DNA of 64,000 nt, taken from positions 15,750,001 through 15,814,000 of the forward strand of contig NC_045696.1 in assembly GCF_009834535.1 (NCBI RefSeq). Direction: 5' to 3'. Shown in pieces: positions 40,885 to 55,127 of the stretch. Within the stretch, counting starts at the first letter, position 1, and each line of letters begins with the position of its first letter. The notes below the pieces were generated by a model. That model was given only the letters and a program-made list of their open reading frames with translations, did no database searches and had not been told where the DNA came from. This DNA comes from Camelus ferus (taxonomy: Eukaryota). Made by a program: the position numbers and the translations under genes.

Positions 40885-41335
40885 GTATTTGTTTCCTGTG
40901 ACTGCGGTAACACATTACCAAAAACTGTAGCTTAAAACAACAGAAATTTGTTCCCATAGTTCTAGGGGCTGGGAATCCAAAATCAGGTGTTAGCAGGGCT
41001 GTGTTCCCTCTGATGGCTCCAGAGGAGAATTGTTTCTCCCCTTGTGCAGTGTCTAGTGTTTGTAGACATTCCTTGGCTTGTGCTCAAACTTCTGCCTCTG
41101 TGGTCACATTGTCATCTTCTCTTCTGTCTGTCTGATCTCCCCAGTGTGTCCCTTATAAGTATACTTGTTACTGGAGTTTGAGTCCACCCAGATAATCCAG
41201 GATGATCTCTTGATCTCAAGATCCTTTAGTTAATTATATCTTCAAAGACCTTTTCCAAATAAGGTAATGTTCACAAGTTCTGGGAATTAGAACATGGACA
41301 TATCTTTTGGAGGACCACCACTCAACCCACTATAC
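40885..41335 (-). mobile_element. MaLR solo LTR (MLT1C/D-like)
   Basis: cccagataatccaggatgatctcttgatctcaagatccttt...ttccaaataaggtaatgttcaca...ggacatatcttttggagg...caacccacta. Confidence 0.85.
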
Positions 41336-43714
41336 TTGCCAATGCCTCTTCCCGCCTCCCATCTGGTATCCCTTGTCTCAGGCAATCTCTTTGTCATTCT
41401 ACTGACATCCTTCTGAAAGACACCTGTCTTCCTGCCACCAACCTCCCTGCTTTTACCATGGTTTTCAAGGCCCTTCAGGACCTCATCAGTGTTTAGCTCT
41501 CCAAACCCATCTGCAACCATTAGTCAAACCCCTTCCTACCATCAAAGCTGTATAAAGTACATGCTCTACTGATTTTTTTTTTTTGTCTTAAACTATGCCC
41601 TACTCTCTCCCAAATTCCCACAGACTGTTTCCTCTTCCTGACTCTTCTTTCTTTTCTTTCTCGACTAATTCACCTTCTAAATATCATTTTATTTGCCATT
41701 TCCTTAATATCCCTAAATATCTTGTCATCTAAGTGTCTTTCTCCCTTGGTAGAGGTCAAAGCAGATGCTTTCTGGATGAGTGTGGTGGCCATGGCTCCCA
41801 GACAAACACCTGCCTAGGTACTTCATCCATAGCTGATGAATATATGAAGAGAGATGTTCCTCACTCTTTTTTCAAGAATCTATCAAATGTGAAAGATGGA
41901 AATCCTTTAAAGCTGATGTCAAATTTAGCTGCTTGGAGTTTAAAACCAAATGAAAATATATTGAGACCCAATTCAGACACTTTAATTCAGTAGAGGGTGT
42001 AAAATCAATATTTACACATGGGTGTCCTGAAAGTCCCATGTTTTGCTTGTCTTTCAGTGTGGAAAAGAATGGGTTTCTTAGGCATTTTGAAACATAACAT
42101 TTAAGGTCCTTGGTCTTAAATTGATTGATTCCTCCAAAAGCAGTTAGTTTCACATGATCACAGTATGGTTGTCGGAGGCAGTATGTATGACACTCTTTCA
42201 GGCTGGTCGTGTGTCTTTGAGCCCTACTTCACTGAATCCATAGCAATCTAGTAACTTGAACTTAAAGTAGTAGATCAGATTATTTCTTAGCCCCAGGTGA
42301 TGCTAGAATTTCCCTCAGGAAATAATATGAGAAGCAAACTAGTAGCAGAAAGAAAAAATAAAGGTCAAGATTTATGAAACAGAGCCAAAAGGTTCATTTT
42401 TCTTTGTCAGCATGCTTCTCATAGCCCTCTTGCTGGCTGATTTGCTTTAAAAAATGACCTTGTCTTTTTTATAGAATCAAGTCCAATTCTTGTTAAAAGG
42501 TCTATTTTATGTTGTTTGACTTGAGTGATACAAGATTGATGAAATAATCTTTGAAATCATGAACTGGTGGATTGATTGGTATAATCCCAAACTGTTTACA
42601 TAAAATAAGTTATTGGTGTTGATCCCTGGAATTTTTTTTTTTTTTTTGATTTCCTGATGAGGGTACATTGGTGGGAAAGGGCTCATTTGTAAAATAAATC
42701 TGAGCAAATGTGAGAATATTTTGAGGACCAGTCAAAATTATTAAAGCTGTTGACTTTGATTTCAAGTAAAGAAGAAAAATAAAAAGCCTTGGTCTCAGTG
42801 CAGCTTAGTTAATGTAATTAAATTGAGTACTCTTAAGTAACCTTTCAACATAATCAAAACTAAGTAATTAATATGTTAGTGTCCAATAAATTCCTTTCCT
42901 TAACAACAGATATTTTCAAGTTTGTCATTCCACTGGACCTTAATGGTCCAAAAATGGTTAGGAGAAATTTGAGGGACAGTTATAAATGACTAAAGGGAAT
43001 TAAGGTACACCTTTCCATTAAGATTCACTCACATCTGGTAGGAAATTGATCTTTCTTGCTGAATGTGGGTAAGTCAGTAATAGAACAGAGCATTGGATGC
43101 ATAATGGGTCTGAGTCAACTGGTAATTTCTAGGCTGCTGGACTAAATTTTCTCCCCACTTTGGAAGCACTGATCTGCCTATTTTGTTCATAAAGTCAAAT
43201 ATATCTTTTAAGGAATATCTATGAGCAGAAAAAATTTCAAACAATTTTTCAGTTTCTGTATTTCTGTAACATTTTGTTAATGTTTTACTAGTTTTGTATA
43301 TTACCAATCAGAAATATTTTTTATGTTAAATATTCATTGTGTACACCCATGATCTCTTCTCATATTTTAAATGCATTTAGTAGACTGAGAATATGAAATA
43401 GAATGAGGACTGAAAAGAAAATAACAGTAATATTCATAATAATATATATTCCATGTAATTTCTGTAATCAGAAATGTTTTGACTTAAATCACTCTTTTTT
43501 TGTTGAGAAATTGCTGCTAAAATCACTTTTTTTTTTGCCAGTTCCATATGTCTGAGTCCACTTGATGTTTCTTTTTCCTGAGCACCATTCTTCATCTCTT
43601 GAACCAACTTCAACTGAGACAGAAAACTTCTAAGCAACTTTAGATCTCTTTGTTACTCCTAAGTCTAGCTCTATATTAGCACCACCATGGTAATTTTAAA
43701 AATATAATAATATC

Positions 43715-43933
43715 TGCAACCACTATGGAAAACAGTATGGAGATTCCTTTTAAAAACTGAAAATAAACTTACCAGCAGTCCCACTTCTGGGCATATATCC
43801 AGAGGAAACTCTAATTCAAAAACATACACACACCCCAGTGTTCATAGCAGCATTATTTACCATAGTCAAGACACGGAAGCAACTTAAATGTCCATTGACA
43901 GATGATTGGATAAAGAAGATGTGGTGTATGTGT

Positions 43934-43969
<36 letters not shown>

Positions 43970-44380
43970 ATATTACTCAGCCATAAAAAAGAATGAAATA
44001 ATCACATTTGTAGAAACATGGATGGACTTAAAGAGACAAATATCATATGATATCAATTACATGTGGAATTTTAAAAAATGGCACAAATGAACTTAGTTAC
44101 AAAACAGAAACAGACTCACAGACAAAGAAAACAAACTTATTGTTAACAGCAGGGAAGGCAGGGGGAAGGGGGAGGGATAAATTAGGAGTTTGGGATTTGC
44201 AGATGCTAACTACTATATATATAAAATAGACAAACAACAAGGTCCTACTGTTTAGCACAGGGAACTATATTTAATATCTTGTAATAACCTATATGATAAA
44301 GTACATGTATAACTGAATCAGTATGCTGTACACCAGAAACTAATGCAACATTGTAAATCAACTATACTTCAATTTTTAAT
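43715..44380 (+). mobile_element. L1 3' end, sense to CYYR1, containing (CA)n at 43936-43967
   Basis: gcaaccactatggaaaacagtatggagattcc...tactcagccataaaaaagaatgaaata...cagaaactaatgcaacattgtaaatcaactatacttcaa. Confidence 0.92.
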
Positions 44381-44672
44381 ATACATATATATTGCCCCTA
44401 AAACTGAAGGGTGGAGACATCTACTCACAGAGCTCATTACTGGCAGAAACTAGATTTACACATTGGTATGCTGACTCCACACCCTGTGCTCTGAATCACA
44501 AAACAGATGCTTTGGTTGGGATCATTAGGTTATCCTGCAGAAACAGACAAACCCTGAAATCTCAGCGGCTTCATCCAATTCTATTTTATTTCTTGGGCAC
44601 ATCAGCAGCTCACCTGTGTGGCTCTCTTGCCAGCCATGACTCAGGGATTTAGCCTTCTTCCATATTGTGGGT

Positions 44673-44738
44673 TCACCATCCCAGAATCCTTTGCTCACCA
44701 TCCCAGAATCCATTGCTCACCATCCCAGAATCCTTTGC
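44673..44738. repeat. Tandem repeat, 3 x 22 bp
   Basis: tcaccatcccagaatcc(t/a)ttgc at 44673, 44695 and 44717. Confidence 0.95.
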
Positions 44739-47700
44739 TTCCTGTCACACAGACAGGCTGGGGTAGTGAACCGAGCTGAAGAAACATGGACTCTTAACTG
44801 ATCTTGACAGCAAATGACGCATCCCTCCTTTAATATTCTGTTGTGGGCAGTCACACAGCCCCTCCGCTCCCAGAAGCATGGAAAGCTGGGAAATGTCGAG
44901 AAGCAGTAGCTCTCACTGTCTCTGCAGCAGCCTGGTGCCAGCACTCTCCTGTCTTAGGTGGATCCGTGGGACTAAAGATTATGGCCCCCTTCATTCCCTG
45001 TTGCTATGTTTATTCTTGTTGGATCTACCTCTCTGCCCAATCTCAATAATTTGAGCAGAAGAATCTTTACTCTCTGATGATGACTCACTCCGTAGTTGGC
45101 TACTCTGCCTGTCCACACAGGCAGTAGAAGTAACTTCAATAACTACAGTTTACCTCATCCCACCAGATGACACAGCTTATACTGGCGAATTGTCTTCTCC
45201 CCATGAGAGACCTGTCATTTCTCAGGCCACTCCTCCTCCATTTTGACTGTGATATTAGACGGAACAGGATGAAATTAATTTAGCTTCTGAGACATAAAAA
45301 AAAAAACCAAAACTGTGGTGTCATACCACCCTGATGGTTCAAACCAGGCATAATTCTCTCCCTGTGTGTTGCTTGGCTATAAAAGTGAGTATCCTCTTGG
45401 CCCATTAGAATTTCAAAGAACACAGTGAAACATTGAAGCACATTATAATAGCTGCTCCTAAAATTGCACAGAATTTGTCTGATTTTTCAATCTTTTATAC
45501 TTTCTCTAAAAAAAAAAATCATGTAAGTTATCTTCCACACCAACTATTGTGTCATGGGTTAGTCATTTTGGCCAAGATCTTTGAAACAAAACTATGTCTT
45601 TCCAAAGTAGAAATAATTAATAAAGAGCTGGCTTGATAATATGCATGAGTACATGCAGTTATAATTACTTACATAAAATATTGACTACCACTTTGATAAT
45701 TATTACATCTCCACAGACTTGAGATTGTTGCTTAAATTGACAATAAGTGAGATAAGAATTATGGAAAAGAGATACTCTCTTTCACCTCAGAATTGGAGGT
45801 AATGTAGCGGGATAGATTTGTGTGAATAAATGTAGCTAAAATTACAATTAGCCAATATTCATAGATTTTTGTTCTTCCTGGACTGTAATTAATTATCACA
45901 CTGAATTTTAACTCTCTTCTAATCTTTCTTCAATGTTCATTAGGCTGAGATTTCCACCTCTGCCTTGCTTTCCTTTCTTGACCTGCAGCAGCTTACTATT
46001 AAAGTGGAATTTCTGCTCATTAGTTGTGGTACTGGGGAGCTGGAGGGGACCTCGGGCATCAACTGATCCAATTAGATTCTAACTGCACAAAGTCTTGGAT
46101 CAAAAGATCAGACTGCATGAAGCAATCTAAGAATAACTCAAAAACTATTATTTTTAATTTATGTTTTACACAGGTTTAAGAACATTCGTTTCAGAGAAGG
46201 GCAATTAAGAGTTCATTGATTATACAAATAAAACAAACCTCTTATCTGTGCATGCCCATTATGCTAAAAGTTTATGTAATACAATATTAAAGAGTACATA
46301 TGCTTTTTATAAACATGTTCTCCTTTGGAAAGCACACTTGGTTGAAATCAGACCAGTAGGCAATGAGGGTGACCAGAGTTTATCTCCTGCTCTGTGACAC
46401 CTTCTGTGCCTAATATTTCCCTTCTTTCCTATGAAAGATCAGAGCTTTCCCTCTGCAGAGGTCCTTTCTTTGAGAAAGATAAGAGATCTGGTGAACTAGA
46501 TCTATGGAAGTGTCACACTTACAGGGAATTAATAATGGAATCAGTTGCCACCAGACTTCGTGACTTTCAAGTACAGGGAGTGTCCAAAAGCTCTGGGTAA
46601 CTGAGGATACCACAGAGTTATAATGGTCCTTTAGGAGTTTGAATTTGATGACCTTAAGGCACTGCTAACTTGACCCTCCATGTTCTATGTGCTGTGTTTC
46701 TGAACTCCCTCTCTCCCACCTTCTTCCCTGCCCCACTTCATTGTCATGCTGAGTTTTTCACCATGTTTTGTCCAGATGATTACAATGGTCTTTTGATAGG
46801 ACCACCTGAGTATAGCCTGGTACCCATCAAATCCACTCTTCACATTACTCTTAGATTGATCCATGCTTATAGCTTTTATTTTTTTCGTAAACTCCAATAA
46901 AAAGGCAAAGTTCTTTACAGTATTATTGAAGACCCTCCTAATGAACCCCCCCAAACCCCTGCTTATTCTCCAGCCTTACTTTTCTCTTTTATCTTCCAGC
47001 AGCTCTCAACTGTCATGGTCCCTTAAATGCGACCCAGTATCTTTACATGTTTGATATTATGTAATTTAAGATTCTCTCCAATCTTGAGATTAAATGATTT
47101 TTTTTTTTTGAAATGAGGTCTTTCAAAACAGATGGCCACTAGAAATCCTCAAAGTCTCACACCTCCATACTTGTCTAGAGTTACCTTTCTGACTTTTTGG
47201 TACCACTGATACTGAAGGATGAACAGAACTGAGTTTCAGGGGCATTTGTGTCTACCTGCTGTTCATTCTTTATAATTCTAGCTTACAGACATCAACTCAG
47301 ACTTGGGCTTGGAATCCTAATAATGTCAATTATACAAAGTTATAGTGTGTGTGAATGTCTGTGTCACTATTTGCCAAAGCCTTGCCTCTGCTCCTGAATT
47401 GATCACCTCTATTTCCCCCAAGCGTTTCCCCATTGGTTACATAGAACAGGTCTGGGGACAGGCATTTGACCCAAGCTGGGCCAATCGTGGCATTCTTGGC
47501 CTTGGCCAAGTGGACTGTTCTATGGAAGGGTCCCCAACTCCAGCTGAGAAATCAGATTCCTTGTCTGGAATTGTATCTACTGAATGAGGCATGGTTGAAA
47601 CCAGTTTTCCACTCATGGATCATTACAAGGCATAAAACTCAGAAACTGCTTGGAGTTACGCAGAGGCAGCCACCTACAGTGAGAGGAAATGATATTGACA

Positions 47701-50700
47701 CAGGGATGAGGATGTATCGCTTGTGAATGACTTTAAGAATCATTATAATGAATATGAGGCTAGACCCTATGAGAAAGCCAAAGTGTGACAGTTCTGATCA
47801 ACCACACTAGGCTGGCACAGGTAAGACTGTGAGCAAGACTTTCTGAGAGGTGAGATCAGACAGCCGATCTTGGGTCTGGGCAGCCCTAGGCTGGGAGAGC
47901 TGTGTGCAGACAATAAATGTCAGAACAGAGACCTCCTTAGCAGATGGTGATCAGTTGCAGGCTTGTCTGGGCAGAGGACGGGGACTTGCTAGGGTCCAGG
48001 AAGAGGATCACAGTTGTTTGGGTGGACTGGCCAGCTTGTCATGTGTATTCTAGCAGATGGCAGAACCACATGTGAAAATACTGGGTTTAGCAGCACGTGG
48101 GCTCATTGCCAGGTGTCCATTACACCATCGAGGTCTGTTACCTGCTTCAGCAGTTAATCTGGAAAGGTTTACAACCTCCAACATGCACTCTATTCCTATT
48201 AAATTTTCAAATGTCTATGCCTGAAAAGGAGGCTGCAATTCTGCCAAATCAATAACTATGTAAGTCTCCATATCTATTTGAAACTCTCCAGGCTGGAGTC
48301 TATGGAAAGGAAAGCACAGTACTCTAAGGGCTCTGAATTTTCATAATCAGATTCAATCTCTTACATCTTCCATGCTGTTAGGACTTAAATCTCAACAAAT
48401 GGACTTTCAATAGAAATCCTTATAGTCAGTGTTTTAAAAAAAAACTGGCTTGTGATTTTTTTTCTCTACCTAAAATATGATTAAAAGGTACAGAAAGGAA
48501 AAAGAAGTTCTGTCTAAGGTAATCGTCATAAGCAACTTAAGGTAATTAGCTCAGTGTGAAGTTTCAGAAAAGGTTACTTGAAAAAGGTGAACTGGGCCAA
48601 AGCATTATAAATGAGAGCATGATATCTAGAAGTAATTGGGACATTTTTAGGTTCAGAAGGCAAAAAGCAAGAAAACCTGTGTGCAGTGGCTGTATCTACT
48701 TAAATTTAGTTTATGATTACATGTCTCATATAGTCTTCATTTCGGGACATTTTTATGAACTGTGTATTGTGCAGCAAGGAGCAATCACCCACATGGAAGA
48801 CATTCCACACTCTTGCCTCTCATTGACCACCCAGTTCAATCAGTCGTCAGCTCTCAGAGCTTCAATTTCCCAAACATCCCAGGAATCCTTTCTCTCGTCT
48901 GCTTCCCAATGAGACTTTATTCATCTTCAGATGTCTGGTGCTTATTAAAGTCCCTGGCACAGTGAAGAGACTCCATTAACGTCTGGTGAGTGGATGAGGG
49001 AATGTGAGCAGGGAGGCCCACTGCAATATAAACAGCTCTGGGGTGAAAATTGGGACCACTGATGCTCTATTCTTTGCCATGAAACTAGATCTTTATTTTA
49101 GCCTCTCATGGATTTGGTTTTCTCACCCTGCAAAACAATTGGTTTGGATTCTATTTCACAAAAGCATCCTCAGGGTCAAAAAGATATCCAATTATTCTCC
49201 TGATGCTTGTGACTTCAGGAAGGAAAAACGTTAAGCCGAAAACCGGAGACCCAGCAAGTAGATAGGAAAATTCTTTCACCCTTACCTGCCATCAAAGAAT
49301 TTGGGAAATCTGATTTGGTTGATCACAATGAAAATGGAGCTGAGGTAGTGGGGTACACTGTGACGTAGAAGAGGATGACAGTTTATTGGAGAGACTTAAT
49401 TGATCCAAGACAGATTAATTTCCTAGTAACACATAAAGTACGGAGCTTCCCTAAGGATGGCCTCTCCACCTCATGGTTTATAAATATCTTCATTTGTGAA
49501 AATGACTACAACTTGAACTCTTTTTTTAAAGAAGATTGGAGAGGTGAAAAAAAATCAGTCATTTTAGTGTCTTAAAACATAATATGAATACTGATAGTTA
49601 TAAAATAAATAAAGTAGGGGAAGGAAAAGTAGAGAAAGAAATACCAATTCCAGTTCAAAGCTTTATTTGCCAAGCTTTCTTAGGATGAATTTTACCAAGT
49701 TATAAATTCTTGTAAATAGAATTTATAATGGAAATACTGAGAGACTTTTGCCTCAGGTGGCATTATTGGATGCTTCTGTGATGTGAATGTAATGTAATAA
49801 ATTAATAAATTGTTTAAAAAACTGCAAAAAATGTTTTAAAAATTTTTTTGATCATTAAATAAAATATAATGCTTTCATTTTATTTTTTAAGTGCAATTAT
49901 TCAAAATTTCAGTTAAAAAATCATCTTTCACAGCATAGGTAAAATCCCCTCTTCTTTTAACCCAGGTTTCTGATCCTAGTCATGTACTTGTCTGGGCTGG
50001 CAGCTCTCATTACTGTAGTATAAATTGCGTAGTTGTTATTTGCAACTAGGAAGTATTAAGAAATCATTATTATTCTCTTTAGTTTATCACATTCATATAT
50101 ATATATATATATATATATATTTTAATGTTCTCTTTTGCTGAATATGATCAAATTCTTTCACTGTTTTCTTGCCTTAGTCTTCTATGCCTGGAGATAGTTG
50201 ACCTTCAAAATCTCTCTTTTTGTTTACTATCCCATACATTGCTCTAAAGTCCTCACAGGCAGATACCATGTATCACTCACACTTGTATCCCAGAACCCAG
50301 AATAGTGCCTAGCACATGGTAGATAATCAATATATTTTTCACGAATGAATTAATGACTTGCTGTCTAGTGATAGCTGTTTAGAATTCCAAGCATAATGAC
50401 TGGGGAATAAATCAAACATCTCAAGGGCATGACTGGAAAATTAAACTGATTTAAGTGTGGGTCAATACTGCTGTTTCAAATATCGCTGTTAAATAAACAA
50501 TGGCATGAATCACATTCATGCATGTTGCACAAAAAGGCTCTGGAAACTTCTGTAACCATGAATGACTGCATTTAGATTTTGACTTAAAATATGCTATGCT
50601 GTGCTATTTCAAGGCTGTACTGGCAACTAATCCTATCACAACGTTTGAATCCACACAGTATACAGAACATGTCACTAGTTCAGAGAATCTTCACTCAGAT

Positions 50701-52649
50701 TCCTGTTTTCCTAAATAGAAACTAATTATATTCATATATAATCATATATATATGTATCTGGAAAAAAACATTTAATTGCTATTATTAATATTACTATTAA
50801 TTTATTATATGCATTTGATCTTTGAACTCACTTCACAAATCTAACATAGGAACTGGGCACTTGTTCAGGAAATTTGATCAGTGGAGATAAATGCAAACCA
50901 GTTCTCAAAGGGTACTTTTGGGTTTAAATTATTCTTCCTTTATTCATCAATCAAATCATTTACTATTGAACTCCAGTGATAAAGAGTTATTGTGCAGGTC
51001 TCCCTGCCACTCACAACACATTCAAGACCATTTTTTATTTTCATTTTGTATATCTCTTTGACATCTGGGCAATGGAGAGATTTCTTGAAAGTCTCTCACT
51101 GAATCATAAAAATTTAACTCCATATAAGATGGAAGATGAATGACCTCAATTCAATAGAAGTTGAATGCAGTCTTATGCTTTCTTGGTGCTGGTGTGCTTT
51201 TTCTGGAAACGTTTTCACAGGGGTCTCAGAGTACCCGTATGCTCCTTAAAACTACTATTTCCACATTAAAGATTCCTTTTTGTTTACACAGTGGTCTAAT
51301 TTTGGCCACGGAGTTATACTGAGGAGTAAGATTAAGTCAAGCAGAGGTAGATATAGATTTAGATACATACATAGATATAGTTATAGTTATAAATATATTT
51401 AGTTCTGGGGTTTAATTAGTATTAATGGAAGTGACAGAACTAAATATTCTTCATATTGAAAACTGTACTCCAGTAAGCTTGCTTTTCAATGCTTAACCTT
51501 CTCTACTGATTTATTGAAGCCACGGGGAGGAAAATGCATCATTTTTAAATTAAGTAAGTCAGAGTTTTGCTAAAGTTATGTACCTTATAAATGGCCAATT
51601 GGTTTAGAATAAAATATTGCTTTTGAAGACTTTGAACATGAAAATATTGTATTCCCATATTTTAAAGCATTGGCCAAAAGAACAATTACTGAGCAAATGA
51701 AATAGTCTGAAGAAGCATTTTGCCAAGTTCTGTTCTTCTCATATGTGCTTTTTACTTTTCAGCCCTCCAGTTGGAATATTTTTTTCATTGCTTTAATACA
51801 TCACTTATGGATTATTAGAAATAAACAGGATTATGTAATGTTTCCTTCTTTAATAGAAAGATAAAGTGCTTTTGCTGCATTTATGATTTATTTTTCATTA
51901 TAATAGGAAATGAACTCAGTTCGTTTATTCTTTTGAAATTGTAGTCATTATTTTCCAGAAAACTCTCTCTTCTAAAATTTTTACCTCTCACTTAATGTAC
52001 TTTTTAAAACCTCTTAAATCCACTTGAAAAACTTCTCCTAAGGGAAATATTCTGTAATTCTGTCTGAATCTTACATGGGCATCAAATATCTCTATGGCCT
52101 TTAATTTTTATTTAATAGTAAATAATGTTATTAAATTACTGCATAAAATAGTCATAAGTCCTTCATATCATGCTGTTTTATAAAATGCATTTGTAAATTG
52201 GTCATGTCAGAGAAGAAAGGAAATAAGATACTGGCATTCTTTTCATATTTATTATTTACCTTAAACATCACTTAGCAGTAAAACCATGTCAAGATATCTG
52301 TATTTTTAAGTTGCTGTGTAGCAGTATTGAGTCTTTAAAATGTGTTGTAAATATTATTGGAACATATGCAGCATTATCAGAATCTTTTTTTAGTTATGAA
52401 AAGCTATTTATGGAATGAAATACATTATCTCTCAGCCTTGTTATAAACCACAGTTTCATAGCATATTAGCGCCACTACAGATATATTTAATATCTCGATT
52501 ATAAATTCTCATTTTGGTATAAATTTTCAATCCATAGTTTTGTTCAATTTTTTTTAATTTTCAGCAAACGGGCAATAACCATCCATGGGGTTAAATAAGT
52601 ATACATGTATCTACAAAGATTTTTGGAGGACGGAGAGGAAAGCAGTGGG

Positions 52650-53403
52650 ATGTCTTTTCTCTTGACACCAACCAGTTTTCAGTTCAACTGGGTGTCCTAC
52701 AATTCAATGTAATTCTGATGCTAACTGCACAGCTTTAAGGGTTCAGTCTCATAAGACTGCCCTCATTTCAGATGCCAATCACGAGTACTGAGTCTCCAGG
52801 TTACCCACACTTCCATCCAAATTGGCTACAGAACTCAAGGATTCCCCACAACCTCTTCCTTTGGGTTTGAGTAATCACTTGAGCACCTCACAGGATTCAG
52901 GAAAAAGCTTTACTTGCTATTACCAGTTGATTATAAGGAACCAACTCAGGAACAGCCAAGTAGAAAAGATGAACAGGGCAAGGTATGAGGGACGTTGCCT
53001 GGAGCTTCCAGAGGTTCTGTGCCCTCTACAGTCACTCCACCCTTCCAGCACCAGGTTCACCAACCTGGAAGCTCTCTGAACTTCATCATGCAGGCGTTTT
53101 GTGGAGGTTTTCTGAGTAGGCGTGATTGATTAAATCACTGACCATTGGTGATTAGCTCAATCTCCAGCCCCTGCCTCCTTGTCCTGGAAGGGAGAAGTGG
53201 GACTACAAATCCAACCTTCTAATTCTGCTTTGGTCTTTCTGGAGACCAACCCTTATCGTAAAGCTATTTTAGGAGGCCCCAACCACCAGTCATCTCATTA
53301 GCATACAAAAGACACTTTTATCTCTTCAGAGATTCTAAGGGTTTTAAAAGCTGTGTGCCAGGATCCTGGGACAAAGACCAAATACTTGTTTTTATTATAC
53401 CAC
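52650..53403 (-). mobile_element. MER21-like LTR
   Basis: caactgggtgtcctacaattcaa...ataagactgccctcatttcagatgccaatcac...gacaaagaccaaata...tattataccaca. Confidence 0.8.
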
Positions 53404-53687
53404 AAAGCATGAGTAATTTTTGTTTTGAAATAGCATCAGAAAGGCACTAAAGTAAATAAATTTTAGTGAGGGTCATCAAAAAGAATATTCAGAACTTGCA
53501 ATTCTTGTGAGTTTCTGATTAATGGAATTAAAAGAGCTTCCAAATACCACTGAAGGTTAGATTTTCAATACAAATTGTCCTGCCTGTGTTACCACTTACT
53601 TTGTTACAGTATCATTAGTGACATAACGTTTTAGAAAAAGTCATCTAAGGAAAGGCAACATTAATTTATTCACAAGGGAATTAAATC

Positions 53688-53908
53688 AAAGATCAGTATA
53701 CTTTTTCTATAAAGGGTTAGATGGTAAATATTTTAGCCTTTGTGGGCCATGTGGTCTCTGTCACAGCGACTCAACTTTGACAGGATAGCACCAAAGCAGT
53801 CAAGCAACAGGTCAATAAATGGGTTTGGCTTTGTGCCGAGAAAACTTTATTTACTGAAACAACTAATGGATCCCATTTGGCCCATGGCCATAGTCTGCCT
53901 ACTCCTGG
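53688..53908. mobile_element. MER58A-like hAT MITE
   Basis: ttttctataaagggttagatggtaaatattttagcctttgtgggccat...aaaactttatttac...tggccatagtctgcctactcctg. Confidence 0.8.
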
Positions 53909-54476
53909 GCCAAACTGACTGAAAAAATGTCATTCACTATAATAAATAATTATAATGGATAGTTAAAAAGAACAATTTGCTTATACACCCATGGATTTTT
54001 TTTTTTTTTGGCCTGGTGATGCTTATATGTAACCAATAAACTGAATGCTTTTGTTTAATGCTAAGTTCGCATGAAATTATTAAAAGCATGAAAAGGTAAT
54101 TACTTCTGAAATTTTGTAGAATCCATAAAAGGTGTTGCAGTGGCCTCCTGAAAACAGAAATTTGTCTTTGCATATATATTTACCCAAATTATGCTTTATA
54201 ATCCAAGAAATCAGCAGTTAAGTAAAAAGAATTAACAACATCAAAAAGAAGTTAATAGTTCTTTTCTTCTCCCAAGAGAAATGCCCTTTCAGGTTTGATT
54301 TAAGAATTGATAGGTGCCTTTAGGAAATACTTTCATTATAGACAAAGAATTTTGTGGGTGATAGTTCCATAATAGTTTAATAAATGTGGGTAAGTTTAGC
54401 TTAATTTTTGTATGTATTAAAGATTTCTGAGCACTTTTAGTATGCATAGGAAAAGGTTCAGAATCATAGGAGATAG

Positions 54477-54525
54477 ATATATATATGTGTATATATGTAT
54501 ATATACACATATATATATGTATATG

Positions 54526-54558
<33 letters not shown>
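54477..54558. repeat. Compound (TA)n/(CA)n microsatellite
   Basis: Seen directly. Confidence 0.9.
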
Positions 54559-54719
54559 CAATGACACAGTGTTTTCTCCCTAAAAACCCAAGTAATATTA
54601 AAGCTATGGGTTTAAAGATATTTATCCCATTTTTATCTCTTTTATAAAAATGTTTATATATTGTGCTTTAAAATCACTTCACAATTTTAAATAATACCTT
54701 TTATTGAAGTATTTTATTT

Positions 54720-55086
54720 TTCCAGAGTAGATGTACTTTTCCCTGTTCCTCCCTCTAAGTAAGACTTTAAAATCCTAGGTGTTATACATAAAACAAAGAA
54801 AACTCTGAAAGATGAAGAGACGAAGGCAGAGCAGCTAGGAACCTCGTGGACTGAAGAACAACACAAACATGAGCTCCCTGGGTTTTCTTTTTGCCTCATT
54901 TCGCCCAGATTTGTAGATAAAAAGTTAACAACCCATAAACAGCAGTCGAGCAGACAATAAAAACCCCAGCTAAAGTCTGGTCTCTCCAGCCACCGGACCC
55001 AGAAAGAGACAGCCTAGCAAAAGAGAAAGCTTTCAGACAATAACAATTTGACTAATTTGACTACAGCCAAACATCATAGGAAAACA

Positions 55087-55127
<41 letters not shown>

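Noticed and set aside
42654..42690. CTGATGA...GAAA hammerhead-like core
   Set aside because: The intervening gggtacattggtgg cannot form stem II, and no stems I/III are evident.
44673..44738. Direct repeats as a CRISPR array (also 61582-61658)
   Set aside because: The copies are adjacent with no unique spacers, there are no cas genes, and the context is mammalian.
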